From assembly GCA_964016885.1 (NCBI GenBank), contig OZ024743.1, positions 7,626,001 through 7,690,000 on the forward strand: DNA of 64,000 bases. The letters are read 5' to 3'. The DNA is from Eledone cirrhosa. Lineage: Eukaryota. The first letter of the stretch is position 1. Every line of letters starts with the position of its first letter. Below the pieces are notes generated by a model. That model searched no databases, was not told where the DNA came from, and was given only the letters and a program-made list of their open reading frames with translations. Position numbers and translations under genes: made by a program. Shown here piece by piece: positions 32,701 to 48,400 of this stretch.

Positions 32701-34290
32701 TAATACTATAATCTACCTCATATAAAACTATAATCTACCTCATCTAATAATATAATCTACCTCATCTAATACTATAATCTACCTCATCTAATATAATCTA
32801 CCTCATCTAATACTATAATCTACTTCATCTATTACTATAATCTACATCATCTAATACTATAATCTACCTCATCTAATACAATAATCTACCCCATCTAATA
32901 CTATAATCTACCTCATATAATACTATAATCTACCTAATCTAATACTATAATCTACCTTATCTAATACTATAATCTACCTCATCTAATACTATAATCTATC
33001 TCATCTAATACTATAATCTACCCCATCTAATACGATAATCTACTTCATCTAATACTATAATCTACCCCATCTAATACTATAATCTACCTCATCTAATACT
33101 ATAATCTACCTCATCTAATACTATAATCTACCTCATCTAATACTATAATCTACATTCATCTAATACTATAATCTACCCCATATAATACTATAATCTACCT
33201 CATCTAATACTATAATCTACCTCATCTAATACTATAACGTACATCATCTAATAATATAATCTACCCCATCTGATATTATAATCTACCCCATCCTATACTA
33301 TAATCTACCTCATCTAAGACTATAATCTACCCCATCTAATACTATAATCTACCCCATCTAATACTATAATCTACCTCATGTAATACTATAATCTACCCCA
33401 TCTAATACTATAATCTACCACATCTAATACTATAATCTACCTCATCTAATATAATCTACCTCATCTAATACAATAATCTATTTCATCTAATACTATAATC
33501 TACCTCATCTAATACTATAATCTACCACATCTAATACTATAATCTACCTCATCTAATACTATAACCTACCTCTTATAAAACTATAATCTACCTCATCCAA
33601 TAACATAATCTAACTCATCTAATACTATAATCTACCCCATCTAATACTATAGTCTACCCCATCTAATACTATAATCTACCTCATGTAATACTATAATCTA
33701 CCCCATTTAATACTATAATCTACCACATCTAATACTACAATCTACCTCATCTAATATAATCTACCTCATCTAATACAATAATCTATTTCATCTAATACTA
33801 TAATCTACCTCATCTAATACTATAATCTACCACATCTAATACTATAATCTACCTCATCTAATACTATAATCTACCTCATCTAATACTATAATCTACCATA
33901 TCTAATACTATAATCTACCTCATCTAATACTATAATCTACCTCATTTAATACTATAATCTAACTCATCTAATACTATAATCTACCTCATCTAATACTATA
34001 ATGTACCCCATCTAATACGATAATCTACTTCATCTAATACTATAATCTACCCTATATAATACTATAATCTACCTCATGTAATACTATAATCTACCCCATC
34101 TAATACTATAATAAACCACATCTAATACTATAATCTACCTCATCTAATATAATCTACCTCATCTAATACAATAATCTATTTCATCTAATACTATAATCTA
34201 CCTCATCTAATACTATAATCTACCACATCTAATACTATAATCTACCTCATCTAATACTATAATCTACCTCTTATAAAACTATAATCTACC
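17720..34290 (+). repeat. Domain 2: CCAC-rich sub-family with a higher-order unit of about 2.3-3.3 kb, 5-6 copies
   Basis: The marker CGTACATCATC occurs at 18225, 21094, 23941, 26248, 26771, 30050 and 33238. The first two copies are near-identical at offset 2869 (G of ATGAAATAC 20205/23074; G of AAGCTACC 20623/23492). Domain-specific variants include TATAAAAC, TACGATAA, TCTGAAAC and CATTCATC. Confidence 0.88.
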
Positions 34291-37200
34291 TCATCTAATA
34301 CTATAATCTTCCACATCTAATACTATAATCTACCTCATCTAATATTATAATCTACCCCATCTAATACTATAATCTACCCCATCTAATACTATAATCTACC
34401 ACATCTAATATAATCTACCCCATCTAATAATATAATCTATCCCATCTAATACTATAATCTAACTCATCTAATATTATAATCTACCCCATCTAATACTATA
34501 TTATACCTCATCTAATAATATAATCTACCCCATCTAATAATATAATCTACCCCATCAATAATATAATCTACCTCATCTGATATTATAATCTACCTCATCT
34601 AATACTATAATCTACCTCATCTAATACTATAATCTACCTCATCGAATACTATAATCTACCTCATCTAATACTATAATCTACGTCATCCAATACTACAATT
34701 TACCTCATCTAATACTCTAATCTACCTCATCTAATACTATAATCTACCTCATCTAACAATATAATCTACCCCATCTAATAATATAATCTACTCCATCTAA
34801 TATTATAATCCACCTCCTCTAATACTATAATCTACCCCATCTAATACTATAATCGACAACAACTAATACTATAATCTACCTCATCTAATACTATAATCTA
34901 CCTCATCTAATACTATAATCTACCTCATATAACAATATAATCTACCCCATCTAATAATATAATCTACTCCATCTAATATAATCCACCTCATCTAATACTA
35001 TAATCTACCTCATATAATACTATAATCTACCTCAGCTAATACTATAATCTACCTCATCTAATACTATAAACTACCTCATCTAATACTATAATCTACCCCA
35101 TCTAATAATATAATCTACTCCATCTAATATTATAATCTACCTCATATAATACAATAATCTACCTCATCTAATACTATAATCTACCTCATCTAATACTATA
35201 ATCTACCTCATCTAATAGTATCATCTACCTCATCTAATACTATAATCTACCTCATCTAATACTATAATCTATTTCATCTAATACTATAATCTAGCTCATC
35301 TAATAATACAATCTACCTCATCTAATACTATAATCTACCACATCTAATACTATAATCTACCCCATTTAATACTATAATCTACCCCATCTAATACTATAAT
35401 CTACCCCATCAAATACTATAATTTACCCCATCTAATACTATAATCTACCACATCTAATACTATAATCAACCTCATCTAATATTATAATCTACCTCATCTA
35501 ATACTATAATCTACCTCATCTAATACTATAATCTACCTCATCAAATATTATAATCTACCTCATCTAATACTATAATGTACCTCATCTAATACTATAATAT
35601 ACTCCATCTAATACTATAATGTACACCATCTAATACTATAATTTACCCCATCTAATACTATACTCTACCCCATCTAATACTATAATCTACTCCATCTAAT
35701 ACTATAATATACCTCATCTAATACTATAATCTATTCCATCTAATACTATAATCTACCTCATCTAATACTATAATCTACCTCATCTAATACTATAATCTAC
35801 CTCATCTAATACTATAATCTACCTCATCTAATAATAAAATCTACCCCATCTAGTAATATAATATACTCCATCTAATACTATAATCTACCTCATCTAATAT
35901 TATAATCTACCTCATCTAATACTATAATCTACCCCATCTAATACTATAATCTTCCTCATCTAATACTATAATCTAGCTCATCTAATACTACAATCTACCT
36001 CATCTAATAATATAATCTACCCCATCTAATAATATAATCTACCCCATCTAATAATATAATCTACGCCATCTAATAATACCATCTACCACAATTAATACTA
36101 TAATCTACCCCATCTAATACTATAATCTACCACATCTAATACTATAATCTACCCCATCTAATACTATAATCTACCCCTCCTAATACTATAATCTAACTCA
36201 TCTAATACTATAATCTTCCACATCTAATACTATAATCTAGCTCATCTAATACTACAATCTACCTCATCTAATAATATAATCTACCCCATCTAATAATATA
36301 ATCTACCCCATCTAATAATATAATCTACGCCATCTAATAATACCATCTACCACAATTAATACTATAATCTACCCCATCTAATACTATAATCTACCACATC
36401 TAATACTATAATCTACCCCATCTAATACTATAATCTACCCCTCCTAATACTATAATCTAACTCATCTAATACAATAATCTTCCACATCTAATACTATAAT
36501 CTACCTCATCTAATATTATAATCTACCCCATCTAATACTATAATCTACCCCATCTAATACTATAATCTACCACATCTAATATAATCTACCCCATCTAATA
36601 ATATAATCTACCCCATCTAATACTATAATCTAACTCATCTAATATTATAATCTACCCCATCTAATACTATATTCTACCTCATCTAATAATATAATCTACC
36701 CCATCTAATAATATAATCTACCCCATCAATAATATAATCTACCTCATCTGATATTATAATCTACCTCATCTAATACTATAATCTACCTCATCTAATACTA
36801 TAATCTACCTCATCGAATACTATAATCTACCTCATCTAATACTATAATCTACGTCATCCAATACTACAATTTACCTCATCTAATACTCTAATCTACCTCA
36901 TCTAATACTATAATCTACCTCATCTAACAATATAATCTACCCCATCTAATAATATAATCTACTCCATCTAATATTATAATCCACCTCCTATAATACTATA
37001 ATCTACCCCATCTAATACTATAATCGACAACAACTAATACTATAATCTACCTCATCTAATACTATAATCTACCTCATCTAATACTATAATCTACCTAATA
37101 TAACAATATAATCTACCCCATCTAATAATATAATCTACTCCATCTAATATAATCCACCTCATCTAATACTATAAACTACCTCATATAATACTATAATCTA

Positions 37201-39400
37201 CCTCAGCTAATACTATAATCTACCTCAACTAATACTATAAACTACCTCATCTAATACTATAATCTACCCCATCTAATAATATAATCTACTCCATCTAATA
37301 TTATAATCTACCTCATATAATACAATAATCTACCTCATCTAATACTATAATCTACCTAATCTAATACTATAATCTACCTCATCTAATAGTATCATCTACC
37401 TCATCTAATACTATAATCTACCTCATCTAATACTATAATCTATTTCATCTAATACTATAATCTAGCTCATCTAATAATACAATCTACCTCATCTAATACT
37501 ATAATCTACCACATCTAATACTATAATCTACCCCATTTAATACTATAATCTACCCCATCTAATACTATAATCTACCCCATCTAATACTATAATTTACCCC
37601 ATCTAATACTATAATCTACCACATCTAATACTATAATCAACCTCATCTAATATTATAATCTACCTCATCTAATACTATAATCTACCTCATCTAATACTAT
37701 AATCTACCTCATCTAATATTATAATCTACCTCATCTAATACTATAATGTACCTCATCTAATACTATAAAATACTCCATCTAATACTATAATGTACACCAT
37801 CTAATACTATAATTTACCCCATCTAATACTATACTCTACCCCATCTAATACTATAATCTACTCCATCTAATACTATAATATACCTCATCTAATACTATAA
37901 TCTATTCCATCTAATACTATAATCTACCTCATCTAATACTATAATCTACCTCATCTAATACTATAATCTACCTCATCTAATACTATAATCTACCTCATAT
38001 AATAATATAATCTACCCCATCTAGTAATATAATATACTCCATCTAATACTATAATCTACCTCATCTAATATTATAATCTACCTCATCTAATACTATAATC
38101 TACCCCAACTAATACTATAATCTACCCCATCTAATACTATAATCTACCTCATCTAATACTATAATCTAGCTCATCTAATACTACAATCTACCTCATCTAA
38201 TAATATAATCTACCCCATCTAATAATATAATCTACCCCATCTAATAATATAATCTACGCCATCTAATAATACCATCTACCACAATTAATACTATAATCTA
38301 CCCCATCTAATACTATAATCTACCACATCTAATACTATAATCTACCCCATCTAATACTATAATCTACCCCTCCTAATACTATAATCTAACTCATCTAATA
38401 CTATAATCTTCCACATCTAATACTATAATCTACCTCATCTAATATTATAATCTACCCCATCTAATATATAATCTACCCCATCAAATACTATAATCTACCA
38501 CATCTAATATAATCTACCCCATCTAATAATATAATCTACCCCATCTAATACTATAATCTAACTCATCTAATATTATAATCTACCCCATCTAATACTATAT
38601 TCTACCTCATCTAATAATATAATCTACCCCATCTAATAATATAATCTACCCCATCAATAATATAATCTACCTCATCTGATATTATAATCTACCTCATCTA
38701 ATAATATAATCTACTACATCTCATACAATAATCTACCTCATCTAATACTATAATCTACCTCATCTAATACTATAATCTACCTCATCGAATACTATAATCT
38801 ACCTCATCTAATACTATAATCTACCTCATCCAATACTACAATTTACCTCATCTAATACTCTAGTCTACCTCATCTAATACTATAATCTACCTCATCTAAC
38901 AATATAATCTACCCCATCTAATAATATAATCTACTCCATCTAATATTATAATCCACCTCCTCTAATACTATAATCTACCCCATCTAATAATATAATCGAC
39001 AACAACTAATACTATAATCTACCTCATCTAATACTATAATCTACCTCATCTAATACTATAATCTACCTCATCTAACAATATCATCTACCCCATCTAATAA
39101 TATAATCTACTCCATCTAATATAATCCACCTCATCTAATACTATAAACTACCTCATCTAATACTATAATCTACCCCATCTAATAATATAATCTACTCCAT
39201 CTAATATTATAATCTACCTCATATAATACTATAATCTACCTCATCTAATACTATAATCTACCTCATCTAATACTATAATCTACTTCATCTAATACTATAA
39301 TCTACCTCATCTAATTCTATAATCTACCTCATCTAATACTATAATCTACCTCATCTAATAGTATAATCTACCTCATCTAATACTATAATCTACCTCATCT
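34290..39400 (+). repeat. Domain 3: CCCC/TAATAATAT-rich sub-family, unit of about 1.93-2.17 kb, about 2.5 copies
   Basis: CCCATCAATAATAT at 34551, 36722 and 38650; CGACAACAAC at 34854, 37025 and 38997. There is an internal 264-bp duplication (TACCATCTACCACAATT at 36077/36341, single copy at 38270). Confidence 0.87.
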
Positions 39401-42400
39401 AATACTATAATCTACCCCAAATAATACTATAATCTACCTCTACTAATACTATAATCTACTCCTTCTAATACTATAATCTACCCCAACAAATACTATAATC
39501 TACTCCATCTAATACTATAATCTACCTCATCTAATATAATCTACCTCATCTTATACTATAATCTACCACATCTAATACTATAATCTACATTATCTAATAC
39601 TATAATCTACCTCATCTAATATATTCTTCCTCTTCTAATACTATAATCTACTCCATATAATACTATAATCTACCTCGTCTAATACTATAATCTACCTCAT
39701 CTAATACTATAATCTACCTCGTCTAATACTATAATCTACCTCATCTAATACTATAATCTACCTCATCTAATATAATCTACCTCATCTAAAACTATAATCT
39801 ACCTCATCTAATACTATAATCTACATCATCTAATACTATAATCTACCTCATCTAATACTATAATCTACCTCATCTAATAATATAATCTACCTCATCTAAT
39901 ACTATAATCTACCTCATCTAATATAATCTACCTAAAGTAATACTATAATCTACCCCGTCTAATACTATAATCTACCTCATCTAATACCATTATCTACGTC
40001 ATCTAATTCTATAATCTATCTCATGTAATATAATCTACCTCGTCTAATACTATAATCTACCTCATGTAATATAATCTACCTCATATAATACTACAATCTA
40101 CCTCATATAATACTACAATCTACCTCATCTAATACCATAATCTACCCCATCTAATACTATATTCTAACCCCAAATAATACTATAATCTTCTCCATCTAAT
40201 ACTATAATCTACTCCATCTAATACTATAATCTACCACATCTAATACTATAATCTACCTCATCTAATACTATAATCTACCCCATCTAATACTATATTCTAA
40301 CCCCAACTAATACTATAATCTACCCCATCTAATACTATAATCTACCTCATCTAATACTATACTCTACCCCAACTAATACTATAATCTACCCTATCTAATA
40401 CTATAATCTACCTCATATAATACTATAATCTACCTCACTAATACTATAATCTACCTCATCTAATACTATAAACTCCTTCATCTAATACTATAATCTACCT
40501 CATCTAATACTATAATCTACCTCATCTAATACTATAGTGTACCTCATCTAATACCATAATCTAGCTCATCTAATACTATAATCTACCCCATCTAACACTA
40601 TAATGTACCTCATCTAATACCATAATCTAGCTCATCTAATACTATAATCTACCTCATCTAATACTATAATCCACCACATCTAATACTATAATCGACCACA
40701 TCTAATATAATCTACCCCATCTAATACTATAATCTACCCCATTTAATTTCATAATCTACCACATCTAATATAATCTACCTAATCTAATAATATATTCTAT
40801 TCATCTAATACTATAATCTACCTCATCTAATATTATAATCTACCCCATCAAATATTATAATCTACCTCATCTAATACTACAATCTACCTCATCTAATACT
40901 ATAATCTATCTCATCTAATACTATAATCTACCAAAACTAATACTATAATCTACCAAATCTAATACTAATATCTACCTCATCTAATACTATAATCTACCTC
41001 ATCTAATACTATAATCTACCTCATCTAATACTATAATCTACCTCATCTAATACTATAATCTACCTCATCTAATACTCTAATCTACCACATCTAATACTAT
41101 AATCTACCTCATTAAATACTATAATCTACCACATCTAATACTACAATCTACCACATCGAATATTATAATCTACCTCATCTAATACTATAATCTACCTCAT
41201 CTAATACTATAATCTACCAAATCTAATACTAAAATCTACCTCATCTAATACTATAATCTATCTAATCTAAACTATAATCTACCTCATGTAATACTATAAT
41301 CTACCTCAACTAATACTATAATCTACCTCATCTAATACTATAATCTACCAAAACTAATACTATAATCTACCTCATCTAATACTATAATCTACCAAATCTA
41401 ATACTAAAATCTACCTCATCTAATACTATAATCTACCTAATCTAAACTATAATCTACCTCATCAAATACTACAATCTACCTCATCTAATACTATAATCTA
41501 CCTCATCTAATACTATAATCTACCTCATCTAGAACTATAATCTATGTAATCTAAACTATAATCCACATCATCTAGTACTATAATCTACCTCATCTAATAT
41601 AATCTACCTCATCTATAACTACAATCTACCACAACTAATACTATAATCTACCCCATCTAATATAATGTACCTCATCTATTACTACAATCTACCCCATCTA
41701 ATACTATAATCTACCTCATATAATACTATAATCTAACACATCTAATACTATAATCTACCCCATCTAATACTATAATCTACCCCATATAATACAATAATCT
41801 ACCTCATCTAATACTATAATCTCCCAAATCTAATACTATAATCTACCTCATCTAATACTATAATCTATCTCATCTAAAACTATAATCTACCACATCTAAT
41901 ACTATAATCTACCCCATCTAATACTATAATCTACCTCATCTAATACTATAATTTACCTCATCTAACACTATAATCTACCTCATCTAATACTATAATCTAC
42001 CACATCTAATACTATAATCTACCCCATATAATACTATAATCTACCTCATCTAATACTATAATCTCCCAAATCTAATACTATAATCTACCTCATCTAATAC
42101 TATAATCTATCTCATCTAAAACTATAATCTACCCCATCTAATACTATAATCTACCTCATCTAATACTATAATTTACCTCATCTAACACTATAGTCTACCT
42201 CATCTAATACTATAATCGACCACATCTAATATAATCTACTCCATCTAATACTATAATCTACCCCATTTAATTTTATAATCTACCACATCTAATATAATCT
42301 AACTAATCTAATAATATATTCTATTCATCTAATACTATAATCTACCTCATCTAATACTATAATCTACCCCATCTAATACTATAATCTACCTTATCTAATA

Positions 42401-45400
42401 CTATAATTTACCTCATCTAACACTATAATCTACCTCATCTAATACTATAATCTCCCAAATCTAATACTATAATCTACCTCATCTAATACTATAATCTATC
42501 TCATCTAAAACTATAATCTACCACATCTAATACTATAATCTACCTCATCTAATACTATAATCTACTCCATCTAATACTATAATCTACCCCATCTAATTCT
42601 ATAATCTACCCCATCTAATACTATAATCTACCTCATCTAATACTATAATCTACCACATCTAATACTATAATCTACCTCATCTAATACTATAATCTACTCC
42701 ATCTAATACTATAATCTACCCCATCTAATATTATAATGTACCCCATCGAATAATATAATCTACCTTATCTAATACTATAATCTACCCTATCTATTACTAT
42801 GATCTACGTCATCTAATACTATAATCTACCTCATCTAATACTATAATCTACCTCATCTAATACTAGAATCTACTTCAACTAATACTATAATCTACCTCAT
42901 CTAATACTATAATCTACCTCATCTAATATAATCTACCTCATCTAATACTACAATCTACCTCATCCAATACTATAATCTACCACATCTAATACTATATTCT
43001 ACCTCATCTAATACTATAATCTACCTCCTTTAATAATAAAATCTACCTCATCTAATACTATAATCTACCTCATCTAATACCATTACCTACGTCATCTAAT
43101 TCTATAATCTACCTCATGTAATATAATCTACCTCATATAATACTACAATCTACCACATCTAATACTATAATCTACCTCATTTAATACTATAATCTACCTC
43201 ATGTAATATAATCTACCTCATATAATACTACAATCTACCTCATCTAATATTATAATCTAGCCCATCTAATACTATATTCTAACCCCAACTAATACTATAA
43301 TCTTCTCCATCTAATACTATAATCTACTCCATCTAATACTATAATCTACCACATCTAATACTATAATCTACCTCATCTAATACTATAATCTACCCCATCT
43401 AATACTATATTCTAACCCCAACTAATACTATAATCTACCCCATCTAATACTATAATCTACCTCATCTAATACTATAATCTACCCCAACTAATACTATAAT
43501 CTACCCTATCTAATACTATAATCTACCTCATATAATACTATAATCTACCTCACTAATACTATAATCTACCTCATCTAATACTATAAACTCCTTCATCTAA
43601 TACTATAATCTACCTCATCTAATACTATAGTGTACCTCATCTAATACCATAATCTACCTCATCTAATACTATAATCTACCTCATCTAATACTATAATCTA
43701 CCTCATCTAGAACTATAATCTATGTAATCTAAACTATAATCCACATCATCTAATACTATAATCTACCTCATCTAATATAATCTACCTCATCTATAACTAC
43801 AATCTACCACAACTAATACTATAATCTACCCCATCTAATATAATGTACCTCATCTATTACTACAATATACCCCATCTAATACTATAATCTACCCCATATA
43901 ATACTATAATCTACCTCATCTAATACTATAATCTCCCAAATCTAATACTATAATCTACCTCATCTAATACTATAATCTATCTCATCTAAAACTATAATCT
44001 ACCACATCTAATACTATAATCTACCCCATCTAATACTATAATCTACCTCATTTAATACTATAATTTACCTCATCTAACACTATAATCTACCTCATCTAAT
44101 ACTATAATCGACCACATCTAATATAATCTACTCCATCTAATACTATAATCTACCCCATTTAATTTTATAATCTACCACATCTAATATAATCTAACTAATC
44201 TAATAATATATTCTATTCATCTAATACTATAATCTATCTCATCTAATACTATAATCTACCCCATATATATACTATAATCTACCTTATCTAATACTATAAT
44301 TTACCTCATCTAACACTATAATCTACCTCATCTAATACTATAATCTCCCAAATCTAAGACTATAATCTACCACATCTAATACTATAATCTACCTCATCTA
44401 ATACTATAATCTACTCCATCTAATACTATAATCTACCCCATCTAATTCTATAATCTACCCCATCTAATACTATAATCTACCTCATCTAATACTATAATCT
44501 ACCCCATCTAATACTATAATCTACCTCATCTAATAATATAATCTACCCCATCTAATATTATAATGTACCCCATCGAATTATATAATCTACCTTATCTAAT
44601 ACTATAATCTAACCTATCTATTACTATAATCTACGTCATCTAATACTATAATCTACCTCATCTAATACTATAATCTACCTCATCTAATACTAGAATCTAC
44701 TTCAACTAATACTATAATCTACCTCATCTAATACTATAATCTACCTCATCTAATATAATCTACCTCATCTAATACTACAATCTACCTCATCCAATACTAT
44801 AATCTACCACATCTAATACTATATTCTACCTCATCTAATACTATAATCTACCTCCTTTAATAATAAAATCTACCTCATCTAATACTATAATCTACCTCAT
44901 CTAATACCATTATCTACGTCATCTAATTCTATAATCTACCTCATGTAATATAATCTACCTCATATAATACTACAATCTACCTCATCTAATACTATAATCT
45001 ATCACCTCCAATACTATAATCTACCACATCTAATACTATAATCTACCTCATCTAATACTATAATCTACCTCATGTAATATAATCTACCTCATATAATACT
45101 ACAATCTACCTCATCTAATATTATAATTTAGCCCATCTAATACTATATTCTAACCCCAACTAATACTATAATCTTCTCCATCTAATACTATAATCTACTC
45201 CATCTAATACTATAATCTACCACATCTAATACTATAATCTACCTCATCTAATACTATAATCTACCCCATCTAATACTATATTCTAACCCCAACTAATACT
45301 ATAATCTACCCCATCTAATACTATAATCTACCTCATCTAATACTATAATCTACCCCAACTAATACTATAATCTACCCTATCTAATACTATAATCTACCTC

Positions 45401-48400
45401 ATATAATACTATAATCTACCTCACTAATACTATAATCTACCTCATCTAATACTATAAACTCCTTCATCTAATACTATAATCTACCTCATCTAATACTATA
45501 ATCTACCTCATCTAATACTATAGTGTACCTCATCTAATACCATAATCTACCTCATCTAATACTATAATCTACCTCATCTAATACTATAATCTACCTCATC
45601 TAGAACTATAATCTATGTAATCTAAACTATAATCCACATCATCTAATACTATAATCTACCTCATCTAATATAATCTACCTCATCTATAACTACAATCTAC
45701 CACAACTAATACTATAATCTACCCCATCTAATATAATCTACCTCATCTATTACTACAATCTACCCCATCTAATACTATAATCTACCTCATATAATACTAT
45801 AATCTAACACATCTAATACTATAATCTACCCCATCTAATACTATAATCTACCCCATATAATACTATAATCTACCTCATCTAATACTATAATCTCCCAAAT
45901 CTAATACTATAATCTACCTCATCTAATACTATAATCTATCTCATCTAAAACTATAATCTACCACATCTAATACTATAATCTACCCCATCTAATACTATAA
46001 TCTACCTCATCTAATACTATAATTTACCTCATCTAACACTATAATCTACCTCATCTAATACTATAATCTACCACATCTAATACTATAATCTACCCCATAT
46101 AATACTATAATCTACCTCATCTAATACTATAATCTCCCAAATCTAATACTATAATCTACCTCATCTAATACTATAATCTATCTCATCTAAAACTATAATC
46201 TACCACATCTAATACTATAATCTACCCCATCTAATACTATAATCTACCTCATCTAATACTATAATTTACCTCATCTAACACTATAATCTACCTCATCTAA
46301 TACTATAATCGACCACATCTAATATAATCTACTCCATCTAATACTATAATCTAACCCATTTAATTTTATAATCTACCACATCTAATATAATCTAACTAAT
46401 CGAATAATATATTCTATTCATCTAATACTATAATCTACCTCATCTAATACTATAATCTACCCCATCTAATACTATAAGCTACCTTATCTAATACTATAAT
46501 TTACCTCATCTAACACTATAATCTACCTCATCTAATACTATAATCTCCCAAATCTAATACTATAATCTACCTCATCTAATACTATAATCTATCTCATCTA
46601 AAACTATAATCTACCACATCTAATACTATAATCTACCTCATCTAAAACTATAATCTACTCCATCTAATACTATAATCTACCCCATCTAATTCTATAATCT
46701 ACCCCATCTAATACTATAATCTACCTCATCTAATACTATAATCTACCCCATCTAATACTATAATCTACCTCATCTAATAATATAATCTGCCCCATCTAAT
46801 ATTATAATGTACCCCATCGAATAATATAATCTACCTTATCTAATACTATAATCTACCCTATCTATTACTATAATCTACGTCATCTAATACTATAATCTAC
46901 CTCATCTAATACTATAATCTTCCTCATCTAATACTAGAATCTACTTCAACTAATACTATATTCTACCTCATCTAATACTATAATCTACCTCATCTAATAT
47001 AATCTACCTCATCTAATACTACAATCTACCTCATCCAATACTATAATCTACCACATCTAATACTATATTCTACCTCATCTAATACTATAATCTACCTCCT
47101 TTAATAATAAAATCTACCTCATCTAATACTATAATCTACCTCATCTAATACCATTATCTACGTCATCTAATTCTATAATCTACCTCATGTAATATAATCT
47201 ACCTCATATAATACTACAATCTACCTCATCTAATACTATAATCTATCACCTCCAATACTATAATCTACCACATCTAATACTATAATCTACCTCATCTAAT
47301 ACTATAATCTACCTCATATAATACTACAATCTACCTCATCTAATATTATAATCTAGCCCATCTAATACTATATTCTAACCCCAACTAATACTATAATCTT
47401 CTCCATCTAATACTATAATCTACTCCATCTAATACTATAATCTACCACATCTAATACTATAATCTACCTCATCTAATACTATAATCTACCCCATCTAATA
47501 CTATATTCTAACCCCAACTAATACTATAATCTACCCCATCTAATACTATAATCTACCTCATCTAATACTATAATCTACCCCAACTAATACTATAATCTAC
47601 CCTATCTAATACTATAATCTACCTCATATAATACTATAATCTACCTCACTAATACTATAATCTACCTCATCTAATACTATAAACTCCTTCATCTAATACT
47701 ATAATCTACCTCATCTAATACTATAATCTACCTCATCTAATACTATAGTGTACCTCATCTAATACCATAATCTAGCTCATCTAATACTATAATCTACCCC
47801 ATCTAATACTATAATCGACCACATCTAATACTATAATCTACCCCATTTAATTTCATAATCTACCACATCTAATATAATCTACCTAATCTAATAATATATT
47901 CTATTCATCTAATACTATAATCTACCTCATCTAATATTATAATCTACCCCATCTAACATTATAATCTACCTCATCTAATACTACAATCTACCTCATCTAA
48001 TACTATAATCTATCTCATCTAATACTATAATCTACCAAAACTAATACTATAATCTACCAAATCTAATACTAATATCTACCTCATCTAATACTATAATCTA
48101 CCTCATCTAATACTATAATCTACCTCATCTAATACTATAATCTACCTCATCTAATACTATAATCTACCTCATCTAATACTCTAATCTACCACATCTAATA
48201 CTATAATCTACCTCATTAAATACTATAATCTACCACATCTAATACTACAATCTACCAAATCTAATACTAAAATCTACCTCATCTAATACTATAATCTATC
48301 TAATCTAAACTATAATCTACCTCATGTAATACTATAATCTACCTCAACTAATACTATAATCTACCTCATCTAATACTATAATCTACCAAATCTAATACTA

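Noticed and set aside
34290-39400. G-quadruplex array from GGGG variants on the minus strand
   Set aside because: G-runs are separated by loops of about 18 nt and interrupted by GAGG/GTGG monomers, so stable G4 cannot be supported from sequence alone.
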